A stretch of 64,000 bases of DNA. Origin: a virus. Its lineage: Duplodnaviria > Caudoviricetes. Positions 28,801 through 37,608 of this stretch are shown here, piece by piece (the stretch's first letter is position 1; each line of letters opens with the position of its first letter). The notes below the pieces were generated by a model, which was not told the origin of the DNA, made no database searches, and was given only the letters and a program-made list of their open reading frames with translations. The stretch is from positions 1 to 64,000 of the IMG/VR virus record IMGVR_UViG_3300046678_000974. The stretch is one strand, 5' to 3'. The position numbers and the translations under genes were made by a program.

Positions 28801-30746
28801 CCTGTGGTTCCCGATCCATCGGTACCATCGGTGCCGTTTCCGGTGGAGAACCACAATCCATTGGCTTGGCCTTGTGCATCAGGGAGTACGATACCTTCAC
28901 TGCTATGAGAATCGAGAATAACCCGCATGCCAATAAAGCCAGCATAAGCAATAATTGCATCGAGCACTTCCATATAGGCTAAGCCCACAAGATCAGGATT
29001 GATCGTTGTGTTGATGCCGGTGATCATATCGTTGTTCATAACGCCAGCGTCATTGAGCAAGATACGAATAGCGTTGAAACCAAGACGCGCCATATCCTCC
29101 ATCGTCACTTGGTAGCTGACGATATCAAGACCACGCAGGAAACCATTGCGTAGGTGCATACCATCCCAAGTGATCGCGTTGATGCGGATTGATTGGTTAT
29201 TGATGTCGAGTATCTGACTACCCGAGACATGCATGGGGCCATTTGTAAGTGCGTGAATTGGTGCCGGTTGTGGTGTCGGTTGCGGCCCCACTGGTGGCCC
29301 AGGGGGAGGACCAGGGGGTGGCCCTCCTGGTGGTGTCACTGGCGGAGTTGGTTGGGGTGGCCCTCCTGGTGGTGTCACTGGCGGAGTTGCTTGCGGTACA
29401 TTGGCGACCGGTATAGGTGTCGGGATATTACCCGCAGCAGTGATGCCTGTCGTCGTCAACCACAATTTTCGACCGGTTGATTTCCAATCGTTGTAGAGTT
29501 TCCGTAACCAGCCATTATCGCCCCAGAGTGGCAAGCCATAAGGACTTTCCGGATCGATTGCTGTTTCCCAATAGGATTGTATGTTGGACGAATTGGCACT
29601 TTGGCCGAAAGGCGCACTAATCTCGATGCCGATCGCGTCCCATATCTGGGTCGCACCCGAACCCCAATCCATTGCGGTATTGCTACCCTTTGGGCCGACC
29701 GTAGCTGGGGTAGCTTGGTACAGCACAGAACCACTGAATATCGATTTACAGGCTGCGTAAAGTGCTCGCCATTGTGGCATGTAATCAACCGGACTATCGC
29801 CGTCGCCTTTATAGGGAAATATACCGGGGGCAATTGAAAGAGCGATGCAGCCATTTCGTGTTGCGCATGTCGCTAATTGAATAGCAAGAGACTGTAAGTT
29901 GGTGAGAAACACCACAGGATCAGATGGTTGGATCAGATACTTTGCTTGTAGATCAGTCGAGTTCAACACTAATGCAAGGATAACCTGAAGACCATTGGCT
30001 TGATAAGTAGCGCAGACTTGGTCGATCGACCCTCCAAGGATAACCGGATCATTGTTGGCATCCTTCCAGTGTACGTCAGTGGCATGTACATTCGGCATAA
30101 AGGCCAGCACAGGCACATAGACTGCCGAAACATTCAAGGTGTTTTTGATTGCCGCACTGTTGGCTGGTTCACCACTACCCGGATATAAGTCCTGTACGGC
30201 AGCGACAATGTTCATGTTCGCAACAGGCGGTACTGGATTGGGTGATGGCCCCGGCGGCGGTGTCGGTCCCGGTGTTGGTGTGGGGCCGGGCGGCGTGGGC
30301 GTTGGTGTGGGGCCGGGCGGTCCCGGTGGTGGTGCAGGTAGCGGGACGAAAGGAAGTGGATTCAATCGATCATTGATATGTTGGATCGCCTCAATAAACT
30401 TTTGAGCCGGTCCCGGATAGCCTAGCACATTGGACATGCGCAGCAGGTATTGTTCTGCCCAATACGACATCCACGCATCGTTGAGGGGTACGGTTAGATT
30501 GCCGACGGTATCAGCGGAAACAATCGATGCTTCGTTGATTTGTTTGGTTTGAAACAAGATCGCTTCATTGGCAGCGATGAAAATCTCTTCCAATCCCGGT
30601 GTACTGGGATCGGCATTTGATTCAATTTGATTAAGGGCGCGTTGAAGATCGGCCGCCGATTGGGGATTGGTCGTTGCATCGGCTGGGATTTGCAACTGTG
30701 AAATCTGTTGCAACAACTGTGCAAGCTGCGGGGAAATGTCCGTCAT
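25890..30746 (-). CDS. ~1618-aa multi-domain glycan-binding/hydrolase protein: degenerate GH113/GTA-TIM-like + degenerate GH5 + beta-modules + GH39-like domain
   Basis: Domains are joined by Pro/Thr linkers. GH5 skeleton (RLGFNAIRI, VILDSH, ILGYDLR-WAP); last barrel has ANEAD and IFLTEFN. TAAATA lies 5 nt before ATG 30746. Confidence 0.8.
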   Translation of the reverse strand: MTDISPQLAQLLQQISQLQIPADATTNPQSAADLQRALNQIESNADPSTPGLEEIFIAANEAILFQTKQINEASIVSADTVGNLTVPLNDAWMSYWAEQYLLRMSNVLGYPGPAQKFIEAIQHINDRLNPLPFVPLPAPPPGPPGPTPTPTPPGPTPTPGPTPPPGPSPNPVPPVANMNIVAAVQDLYPGSGEPANSAAIKNTLNVSAVYVPVLAFMPNVHATDVHWKDANNDPVILGGSIDQVCATYQANGLQVILALVLNSTDLQAKYLIQPSDPVVFLTNLQSLAIQLATCATRNGCIALSIAPGIFPYKGDGDSPVDYMPQWRALYAACKSIFSGSVLYQATPATVGPKGSNTAMDWGSGATQIWDAIGIEISAPFGQSANSSNIQSYWETAIDPESPYGLPLWGDNGWLRKLYNDWKSTGRKLWLTTTGITAAGNIPTPIPVANVPQATPPVTPPGGPPQPTPPVTPPGGPPPGPPPGPPVGPQPTPQPAPIHALTNGPMHVSGSQILDINNQSIRINAITWDGMHLRNGFLRGLDIVSYQVTMEDMARLGFNAIRILLNDAGVMNNDMITGINTTINPDLVGLAYMEVLDAIIAYAGFIGMRVILDSHSSEGIVLPDAQGQANGLWFSTGNGTDGTDGSGTTGTITSSIFAQHWTRIANRYANNTAILGYDLRWAPISAQGVNLGATWGDNTPTDLHAMYVSVGNAIQAIDSNPLIICEAPLNVATGSFEGDLRLASTTPVNLTVSNKVVYGVQSFPNEVAPIGTGIDAGTVYINRANTMWGFMVSNNIAPVMVMACGDAMLTTDATNWGNTFVQYVNGQASGGPRFLTGQQPISWAWCYWGPHRGSSPDFGVVTAWGGGSLYPEQSAYLSQIYSISQVPVPPPGGPPGPPSLTPSADETIIPPATQIISSDLTIWTLSNNRVVINGVPDVSAVEVVYLNSRVYIENSLGNWFVKTLVSDPWASVANPFVSASPNGSTVPPLTSIIGSDLSSWTLANSRVSVNGAVDASAGNTVISLAYVNGQVWRQSSATILSTSTYATPNNGSIVFGGHTYTIDVQENFRMDGNIINGGGNTSAIDLYQNIIFAQDGPSQNWFTWNLSTQTFSGPITGPANLPQGVLWYFKTVSSDAWQPSSGTTVSPLGLVPGPPVQPPTGPNVTFNLTSLTGVAISPKFYGVACNDMNITRGDYGLMVDPAFQTICKSMNIGSIRLNWNQNFHITQIFPTRTSAADWSWIDNFINNAQKCFTIGTTLTTANLIITVGWCSWLNITSPSDWAVHQDRCQQIAQHFKNGGVPVYYWTFANEADGTDINSCIGLFNAMAVGIKAVDPSYQCGGLDDSYFNNQRLTTFIQNCHPDFISGHGYTEENGSKSVAQCFSDELTDIFLDVRQNVNTAISSTAPIFLTEFNMDGQPGASSYQADVTGAVYAAFRYATIGKVGTLAWANRWDIAYDQWYGLIDSNTFGQGPYFLRPPGYVYQKLGALAPGNVISSTTSSGMNIVTLGTVNANSTCCQIINYDVSTAYPVSVAMNGSSTSAWTYWELSSTHPTGFTTTLSTSALLAGITIPAMSVVVLNAVGAAPQPVPTVGLPTIPGTPLIGSTTSTSMTMSWTASVG
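29315..29389. repeat. perfect 36-nt direct repeat (period 39 nt) in a Pro-rich linker
   Basis: GGGGTGGCCCTCCTGGTGGTGTCACTGGCGGAGTTG at 29315 and 29354. Confidence 0.9.
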
Positions 30747-30754
30747 GGACATAT

Positions 30755-31291
30755 TTACCCATTGGGTATGCCTCGTTTCGAGATTGCAGAAGGGATAATA
30801 AGCGTAGATGCCGTGGCGACAGCGAAGGTTATTACCGAGTTCCGAGTCATTGGATTTTCCAATGGTGCTTCGAGACTAACCTTTGTCGCTGTGCGATTTC
30901 CCATTGGAGGGAGGGTGCGCGTAGGAATCGGAGACGGTGGCAAGACCCCGGCAACAGGCGTGGGAAACAGAGCACTGATATCAGCGTAACCTTGAGCGAA
31001 TGGGATACCCGAGGGAATTGTGTATATTTGTTCAACCGATGTCACCAATCCAAACGTATTGTAGCCTGCACAGTATATCAAGTTACCAATCCCAATACCA
31101 TCAACAGGAAACAACATCAGTACTTGATCACCTACAAGATTGTCAGTCGAGGTGATCGCATCGATCGGACCATTGATCACCCAATCGCTCAGGTGATTGG
31201 TGGTCATGATGCTAACAAAGCCGGTGGCATCTCCGAAGTTTTCCAAGGCCAAGCGAATGGCATCGGCATGTAGCACTTTGATCTCTTTCAT
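30755..31291 (-). CDS. hypothetical protein between the two giant glycanase genes
   Basis: ATGA overlap with the upstream gene; its TAA stop is part of the next TAAATA box. Confidence 0.65.
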   Translation of the reverse strand: MKEIKVLHADAIRLALENFGDATGFVSIMTTNHLSDWVINGPIDAITSTDNLVGDQVLMLFPVDGIGIGNLIYCAGYNTFGLVTSVEQIYTIPSGIPFAQGYADISALFPTPVAGVLPPSPIPTRTLPPMGNRTATKVSLEAPLENPMTRNSVITFAVATASTLIIPSAISKRGIPNG

Positions 31292-34200
31292 GGCGTCTTC
31301 TTGATCCCCGCAAACGAACTGCCGATCACCCCAGCGGCTGGTGTATTAATCACACCAGTATCTTGATTGCCCGAGGAACCCTGTGGATCACCGGTCGAGA
31401 CTGATACTCCGAAGAATATATCAGCATTACGTACCATCTCATTGGTAAGTGCCTGCCAATATGCATTGAACACTGGTGCCACAACACCAGAAGGTGCTGG
31501 TACCGGTGGTAATGGTGGCCCGCTGGCCGGTGATGTAGCCAATTGCGGTACTACAGTGTTAGGACTAACACGATCGCCCGGACCATTCTTAGGGGAGGTC
31601 GCAAATGCCTGACCACCAATATGTTGGTTCCGCAAGGGACAAACGAACTGGAGAATGGTCGGCAAATCTTGATTGAGATTGGCAGTAATTGATGGATCAA
31701 CATCCTGTGTCACACAGAGATGGAAGCCGTCAGGTGAACTACCCCGCCACAATGCTCCAAAGGTTTGCAGACAATTCCAGATCATCTGTCCTTCCGTAGT
31801 CAATCCATTTGGCATGATCGCTGATTGAGGGATACCCACCGTGGTACCAGCGACCAGATTGCCAGTGTATGGCACGATGTCTTGCAGGTCTTGTTTCTTT
31901 TGCGGCCATGATGCCGGTGTCAGATTATCCGATCCATCACTGCTACCACTGCGCAAGAACTGAGGAGCATGCATATAGCGAAGCATATGGGTGATGGCTG
32001 GATAGGTTGTGTTTCGATTGGGATCGAAATCGTATGAGGTCAACATTCCGGGGATACCACTGTACCCGTAATTAGATGACTCTTGATCCTCACCGTAATG
32101 ATCACTGGTTGGATCATCGGTCTCGCCAAACGATGCGAACACATTCTGGTCACCGGTGATGGGTGACTGATTGATGTCAACGAAGCTCCATGTGGTTTTG
32201 GGATTACCGGAGATATCCCAGACATTAAAGCTATTGCGACCAAACGAAGCACCTGATGTAGGGCCGGGGGTATACGCCTCCAAAGGTATATGGAGATTGG
32301 CAGTCAGACCGCTGTCGCGTTGATACGCGTCTGGGGCGGTAGCAAATGTGCTGATCGGATCACTTGCAGCGGCAAACCAGATCACATCACCCTGTGCGAT
32401 TGACGGCGTGACACTACCGCCGTGACGGAGATCGATGGTATCGCTATCACTGTTCTGTCCCCAAACGGCACCACTACCGAGTTTGGTCACCCAGACACTC
32501 GGGCCACCAACGGTGCCGGTGGAACCATCGCCGCCGGGGACGTCCCAATAATTGCGTGGAGCGACCACAGGTGCTGGTGGTGGAAAGATCGGTGGTGGCG
32601 TTGGAGGGGGTTGTACAGGCGGCCCAGGTGGCAACACAGGCGGTCCCGGTGGTTGCACTGGAGGGGTTGGTACAGGCGGGGTTGGCCCAATAGGGCTTGG
32701 CGGTACTGGAACGGTTACATTAAACGTGCCAGTCAATGTAACGAGACTACGCGATGGTAGTTGCAGATTGAAATTACCGGTGACTGTCAAGTTCTGTTGG
32801 ATAGGTGGGTTGGCGTGTGCCGGTGACAGTTCCCAATAGATCGCAGTTTGGTTCGGCAATCCGATCAAGGTAACAATTTGCGTAGATGGTGAATAGTTGA
32901 TGAACGCGGTGCTGAATGAATAGGTATCAACAGAGGCTTCAATTGCTCCGCCGATTTTTACTGTGCTGGCAAGACAAATCACATTCGTCAAAGCCGGACC
33001 AACTGATGAAAAGACTTGGGTACCACCCATGATTCTTCCAAGTTGCCCCAACATATAGCCCATTGGTCGAATATTAGAACCGTCGTTATTGACGATAGTG
33101 AAGTTATTATTCTGGCCAATAGTCCAGATAGCCCCACCCATGATGTTATTATCGAGATTGGCACGAGCACCCAAAGTGTAGAGCGCACCGAAGATTGCAC
33201 CATCGATCGTTTGCATCATCGGTTCAGAACCGTTAAAATCAATATTCCATTCGCCCAAAAATATTGGAATATTGGGGAAGGCTGCTCGCATGGTCGCAAT
33301 ATCGCTGGTTTGGCGATTGATGATCGATGAAAATAACGAGAAGTTGTTAGTATAACTACCAGTCACATAGGTGTGGTATGACACAAAATCTGGATTGTGT
33401 GACACCAATGGAGTGTTAAAATCGCTTCGGGCAAACGAGGTGGTAGGCCCACCTACTTGATAGTTGGGGTTGACCGACTTCAGAGCATTACGGATTGTAT
33501 CAAAGGTATTAAAATAACTGATCTGATCAGCATCAGGTTCATTCCAATATTCCCAATAGAAACATTCGAAACCATTATTCTTGAAGAAGTTGGCTAATGC
33601 GATTGCTTGGGACGCACTACCTTTGGTCGCAAGACCACCAAAGGTAAACACCTGCTGCATACGGGATAGATCAGACGCGCTAGTCGGTTGTTGCCACATC
33701 TGACTCCGCAAACCAGTGAGCCAGTTGTTCTGCATTGTAATGTTTTGATTGCCACCACCGGGCCAATGATCAAGTGATCCCTGTGTGTTATGACGAAACA
33801 AACGCCAGTTCTGTTGGTGATAAGTTGATTGCCAACCGGGATTAGCGGCGGCTCCATAATCATTAACCCCCGGCGAGTTCAATCCCTCGGACCCAACACC
33901 CCAAATAAATGGCGAGATTTGACCGACAGGTGTTGTAAGACCGATGACCACTTGCGTACCGACAGCCGGTGATGGGCTGGGCGAAGGAGGCGGCGCCGGT
34001 ACTGGTGGGGGAGAGGGAGGTTGTCCAGGTAGATTGGGGGGCGGTGTAACTGGTCCGGTGCTGAAGCTATTGGTTAATTCGATGTATTGAAACCAGTTGC
34101 CAGTGGTTGCATCAGCGGCATAGATGAAGTTATCAAATAGATCGGCCTGCCCAGTATTGCTGCCACCGGGTACTGCGCTGCCATCTTTGTTGAAGTTTAG

Positions 34201-35970
34201 ATTTAAACCAATGGTATAGGTATGACCATTGAGTACCAACGATCCATTACCAGATGTGATATAAGTCGTGGTACTAGGTGGTGTCGGTGTTGGTGTCGGA
34301 CCGGGTGGCGATGGCATTACCACACCTATCGTCGGATCGACAGATGTACCAGAACCGGGAGACCACACATCGGATGGAAAGGTTTTTGCCCACCATAGAT
34401 TGGATGAGTTTTTTTGCCAAACTTGTCCACTGATATAAGCAATTTCAATCACATTCGATGATTGGCCATCGGAGTTTCCGTTCACGCCGACGGAACCATC
34501 ACCCAAGATTGTCCAAACAGTACCATCGACGCCGGTGATACTAGCCCATGGCGGAACTTGAACACCATTCAAACTGGGAGTCACACCGGGCGAAGGAGGC
34601 GGCGAAGGCGGAGGTGGGCCAACCGGTGGGATAGGTACAGTCGAACCACTAAATGGCAGCGTACTTAACATCACCACTGAAATGGCGGGTACGTTAACCG
34701 TTAGATTGGTGGTCGTCGTTTGATGCGGGGTGTTCTGATTGACCGAACCAATCTCCCAGTAGTTGTATGTCCTGCCGGGAATATCGCCGGTAACACTGAG
34801 TGTAATCGATTGCTGCGATGATCCGTAGTTGATCAATTGGATCGTATAATCATTACCATTCTTGGTCGCCAATACACCGAGGTTGCTGGCCGAACCAATG
34901 ATCGTCACTTGTTGTCCAGCCATCCAGCGTGCGCATTGGGAAACAGTATAGCCAGTCGGACGAATGAACCCAGCAGGTGCACTGCCGTTTCCGTTTAGCG
35001 GAATGACACCGAAGTTGCTATCACCAAACAAGTTCCAGTGACCACCATAAACCACATTAGCGCCAGATTTGGCGACAGACTGCATGGCGAGAGCCGAGTG
35101 ACAGGCACCCACATACGATCCGTTGTCCCCATCGCTTCCGTTAAAACTGACATTGTGTTCGGTGATTGCCTGTGGTTTGTTGGCAGTCACATTGGCGATC
35201 GGAATAGCGAGATTATTTCCCCAAACACTGGCATCGTTCAAGTTTTGTGTTGGTGACTCGGTACCGGTCGCGCCAGACGTATAGCGATGCCATGAGCAGC
35301 CAGCAAATTGCGACCCCAAAGTATTCTGGGCATTTTGCGCATCATCTTGGTAAGGGAAATCATCCGCTAATCCGAAGACATGGTGGGTGTTTCCGGTACC
35401 ATCATTGTACGCAGCGAGTGCTGTAGCGACTGCACTGATACAGGCGAGATGAGTGCTAATGTTTTGGCCATGGGGGTATTCATTGAATACCTCCCAGAGG
35501 TAGCACGGAAATCCCTTGCTGAACGCGTACTGTGCGAGTTGGACGAATTGTTGACCGAGTAGCGCTCGATCGTTGGCATTCGACAGATTGAGCCAAGGTG
35601 GTGCGCCGGGACACAGCATCAACTGGGTCGTTGCTGGGTTCATGAACTTAAGGGCGTTATTGAAGAGATCGCCTACCCAAGTGTTGAAGTTGGGACTAGC
35701 TCCCCTTGACGGGAAACACCCACCCATAACGAAGCTGGAGGCCAGAGGATTGGCGGGTGATGGGCGAGAATTATCCCAGTTGAAGCGCAGGAAGGGGATG
35801 GAGATTTGGGAGGCCAGCGACTGGAAGGTTGAACTCGTGCAAGCTTCACCGGCAAACGGGGTCTGACTCTGGAACGAGTCCATCTGCATCTGATTGGTGG
35901 CGAACCCATAGAGGGTACGGGGAACGATGATGCCAGTAGTGCTGGTAAGATTGACGGTAATGTTGACCAT
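31288..35970 (-). CDS. ~1560-aa protein with two GH39-like (clan GH-A) domains, beta-modules and an uncharacterised C-terminal domain
   Basis: WEVFNEYP/AITEHN and WEYWNEPD/IFLGEWN catalytic motifs are intact; Pro-rich linkers; TAAATA lies 4 nt before ATG 35970. Confidence 0.8.
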   Translation of the reverse strand: MVNITVNLTSTTGIIVPRTLYGFATNQMQMDSFQSQTPFAGEACTSSTFQSLASQISIPFLRFNWDNSRPSPANPLASSFVMGGCFPSRGASPNFNTWVGDLFNNALKFMNPATTQLMLCPGAPPWLNLSNANDRALLGQQFVQLAQYAFSKGFPCYLWEVFNEYPHGQNISTHLACISAVATALAAYNDGTGNTHHVFGLADDFPYQDDAQNAQNTLGSQFAGCSWHRYTSGATGTESPTQNLNDASVWGNNLAIPIANVTANKPQAITEHNVSFNGSDGDNGSYVGACHSALAMQSVAKSGANVVYGGHWNLFGDSNFGVIPLNGNGSAPAGFIRPTGYTVSQCARWMAGQQVTIIGSASNLGVLATKNGNDYTIQLINYGSSQQSITLSVTGDIPGRTYNYWEIGSVNQNTPHQTTTTNLTVNVPAISVVMLSTLPFSGSTVPIPPVGPPPPSPPPSPGVTPSLNGVQVPPWASITGVDGTVWTILGDGSVGVNGNSDGQSSNVIEIAYISGQVWQKNSSNLWWAKTFPSDVWSPGSGTSVDPTIGVVMPSPPGPTPTPTPPSTTTYITSGNGSLVLNGHTYTIGLNLNFNKDGSAVPGGSNTGQADLFDNFIYAADATTGNWFQYIELTNSFSTGPVTPPPNLPGQPPSPPPVPAPPPSPSPSPAVGTQVVIGLTTPVGQISPFIWGVGSEGLNSPGVNDYGAAANPGWQSTYHQQNWRLFRHNTQGSLDHWPGGGNQNITMQNNWLTGLRSQMWQQPTSASDLSRMQQVFTFGGLATKGSASQAIALANFFKNNGFECFYWEYWNEPDADQISYFNTFDTIRNALKSVNPNYQVGGPTTSFARSDFNTPLVSHNPDFVSYHTYVTGSYTNNFSLFSSIINRQTSDIATMRAAFPNIPIFLGEWNIDFNGSEPMMQTIDGAIFGALYTLGARANLDNNIMGGAIWTIGQNNNFTIVNNDGSNIRPMGYMLGQLGRIMGGTQVFSSVGPALTNVICLASTVKIGGAIEASVDTYSFSTAFINYSPSTQIVTLIGLPNQTAIYWELSPAHANPPIQQNLTVTGNFNLQLPSRSLVTLTGTFNVTVPVPPSPIGPTPPVPTPPVQPPGPPVLPPGPPVQPPPTPPPIFPPPAPVVAPRNYWDVPGGDGSTGTVGGPSVWVTKLGSGAVWGQNSDSDTIDLRHGGSVTPSIAQGDVIWFAAASDPISTFATAPDAYQRDSGLTANLHIPLEAYTPGPTSGASFGRNSFNVWDISGNPKTTWSFVDINQSPITGDQNVFASFGETDDPTSDHYGEDQESSNYGYSGIPGMLTSYDFDPNRNTTYPAITHMLRYMHAPQFLRSGSSDGSDNLTPASWPQKKQDLQDIVPYTGNLVAGTTVGIPQSAIMPNGLTTEGQMIWNCLQTFGALWRGSSPDGFHLCVTQDVDPSITANLNQDLPTILQFVCPLRNQHIGGQAFATSPKNGPGDRVSPNTVVPQLATSPASGPPLPPVPAPSGVVAPVFNAYWQALTNEMVRNADIFFGVSVSTGDPQGSSGNQDTGVINTPAAGVIGSSFAGIKKTP

Positions 35971-36401
35971 CAACTATTTACCGGCCATCTCTCCGGTCTC
36001 TCAAGGTAACACCTGTCTCAAAAATGAGACAGCAATCATACGCTCCAGCGCAATCGAACCATTGCTCTGATAATTAAAAAAATGTAATCTTGCTGTTATA
36101 TGATTTTTCAGACGACAACCACTTGTCGGCATCTGTGTCGTCATTTGGCAATTTTTTAGACGACCTGTCATTTGCAAAAAAAAAGACAGGGCGACCAGCA
36201 GGGAGCCACTGTACCCCTCTGGGGACGACGACTGGCAGGTCGCGATTGCCAGCCCTGTACGCTCTTCTGGCGGCGATAGCGATCCTGTTCTGTACCAGCC
36301 CTGCCTTGCTGTCGCTTTTCCGATTCAAAGTACCAAAACTTCGCAAGGCTAAGCAAGGAAGCTCTGCTTCCGCAGCGTGCCGCAGCGAATGATTGTTTTC
36401 T

Positions 36402-36431
36402 GCGACGGGCGGGCGAAGCCCCGCCTGTCGC
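36402..36431. other. 12-bp hairpin with GCGAAGC mini-hairpin loop
   Basis: GCGACGGGCGGG-CGAAGC-CCCGCCTGTCGC. Confidence 0.7.
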
Positions 36432-36543
36432 TGAACAACGGGCGACTCAATGGCGCCAGTCGGCCCTTCTTCGTCTTCTCTTCGACCAGTGGTCTCTGTA
36501 TCTGAGGGAGCGACATATGTCGCTCCCTATCGTTTGAGGGGGG

Positions 36544-36635
36544 TTGTCAAACCCCTGTCAAATCTGAACCTACAGAAGTCAATGACTATAGAGAGAGGAT
36601 TCATATTAGACATGGCTTTGACAGGGGTTTGACAA
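36544..36635. repeat. perfect 19-bp inverted repeat with 54-bp spacer
   Basis: TTGTCAAACCCCTGTCAAA (36544-36562) and TTTGACAGGGGTTTGACAA (36617-36635). Confidence 0.95.
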
Positions 36636-37439
36636 GGGAGGGTAGCAACTTGCGAACAGGACATATGATCCGCTGGTTATGCGCCAGTTGGGATCGAAGT
36701 TTTTGGTGGGACGAAATGGTCCCATGTCAATGCGTTGCCCATCAATCATGAGAATGACACGGGGGTCTTTGGCGGGATCAAGGTGATTTGTCAAAGCAAT
36801 CATTTGATTGGGGAATAACCGCTCACCTTGCTGATACAGAAAGCCCACATGATCATAGGAATTGAAATCGGCTGTGAATGCCCGACTCTCGTCTGTCCAT
36901 GTAGTGCCATGCTTCATCTTCTTGCTGCGAGTTCGATTGCCCAGAAACTCATGGGCTGATTCAGTGCGGCAATTGATGGCTTTTTGCGAGCCATCTTTAT
37001 AGAACAATTCAATCTTGAGCCACCATTCACTGAAATGTTTGCGCCGATGTGCAGGGATATCGAGTTCGTGACTAATCTGGCATTGGATTTTTTTCACCTT
37101 CTCCACTTGAATCCCCTGCCATTTGGTGATCTCTTTGGGAGAAGTTGGTGGGTTTGTGTTATCTGGCGCATCAGTGCGGTGTTCGACATCAGCGACACGG
37201 TCACTGAACTCCTTGACCCACACACTCTGTGCGTTAAGACGACCTTCGAGCCGACGTATTACTGCGTCTTGTATGTCGATCGTTTTAGTAAAGCGCTTGA
37301 TGATGTGCTCTTCGAACTCATCGAAAAGTTTATGAACTTGTTCGGCAGTATAATATTCAGGTTCATTCGGCTCGGTCGGAGCAGCATGCAACTGTATGAC
37401 GTTTGACATTGGGTAATCCTTTGATGTTTTCCTTGTCAT
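36606..37439 (-). CDS. hypothetical protein with N-terminal coiled coil
   Basis: AAGGG RBS before ATG 37439; perfect TATAAATA at 37566-37573 (minus). Confidence 0.65.
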   Translation of the reverse strand: MTRKTSKDYPMSNVIQLHAAPTEPNEPEYYTAEQVHKLFDEFEEHIIKRFTKTIDIQDAVIRRLEGRLNAQSVWVKEFSDRVADVEHRTDAPDNTNPPTSPKEITKWQGIQVEKVKKIQCQISHELDIPAHRRKHFSEWWLKIELFYKDGSQKAINCRTESAHEFLGNRTRSKKMKHGTTWTDESRAFTADFNSYDHVGFLYQQGERLFPNQMIALTNHLDPAKDPRVILMIDGQRIDMGPFRPTKNFDPNWRITSGSYVLFASCYPPLSNPCQSHV

Positions 37440-37608
37440 GATATCATTCCCTTGATCATTTTCGGATGGGTGGTCTAGCAGAGTACCTAGAGGAGGCCAA
37501 TCCCCTAGGTAGCTCCGACCCATCACGACATTATCAAAGGACGATGCCCGCTAAAGCATCACATCTATTTATACCACTTCCATCAAAACACCGCAATAGC
37601 GCAAGTTA

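Noticed and set aside
36074-36632. Short ORFs (36074-36346, 36090-36392, 36450-36632) as a replication protein
   Set aside because: No RBS or motifs, and they run through hairpins and repeats; treated as non-coding.
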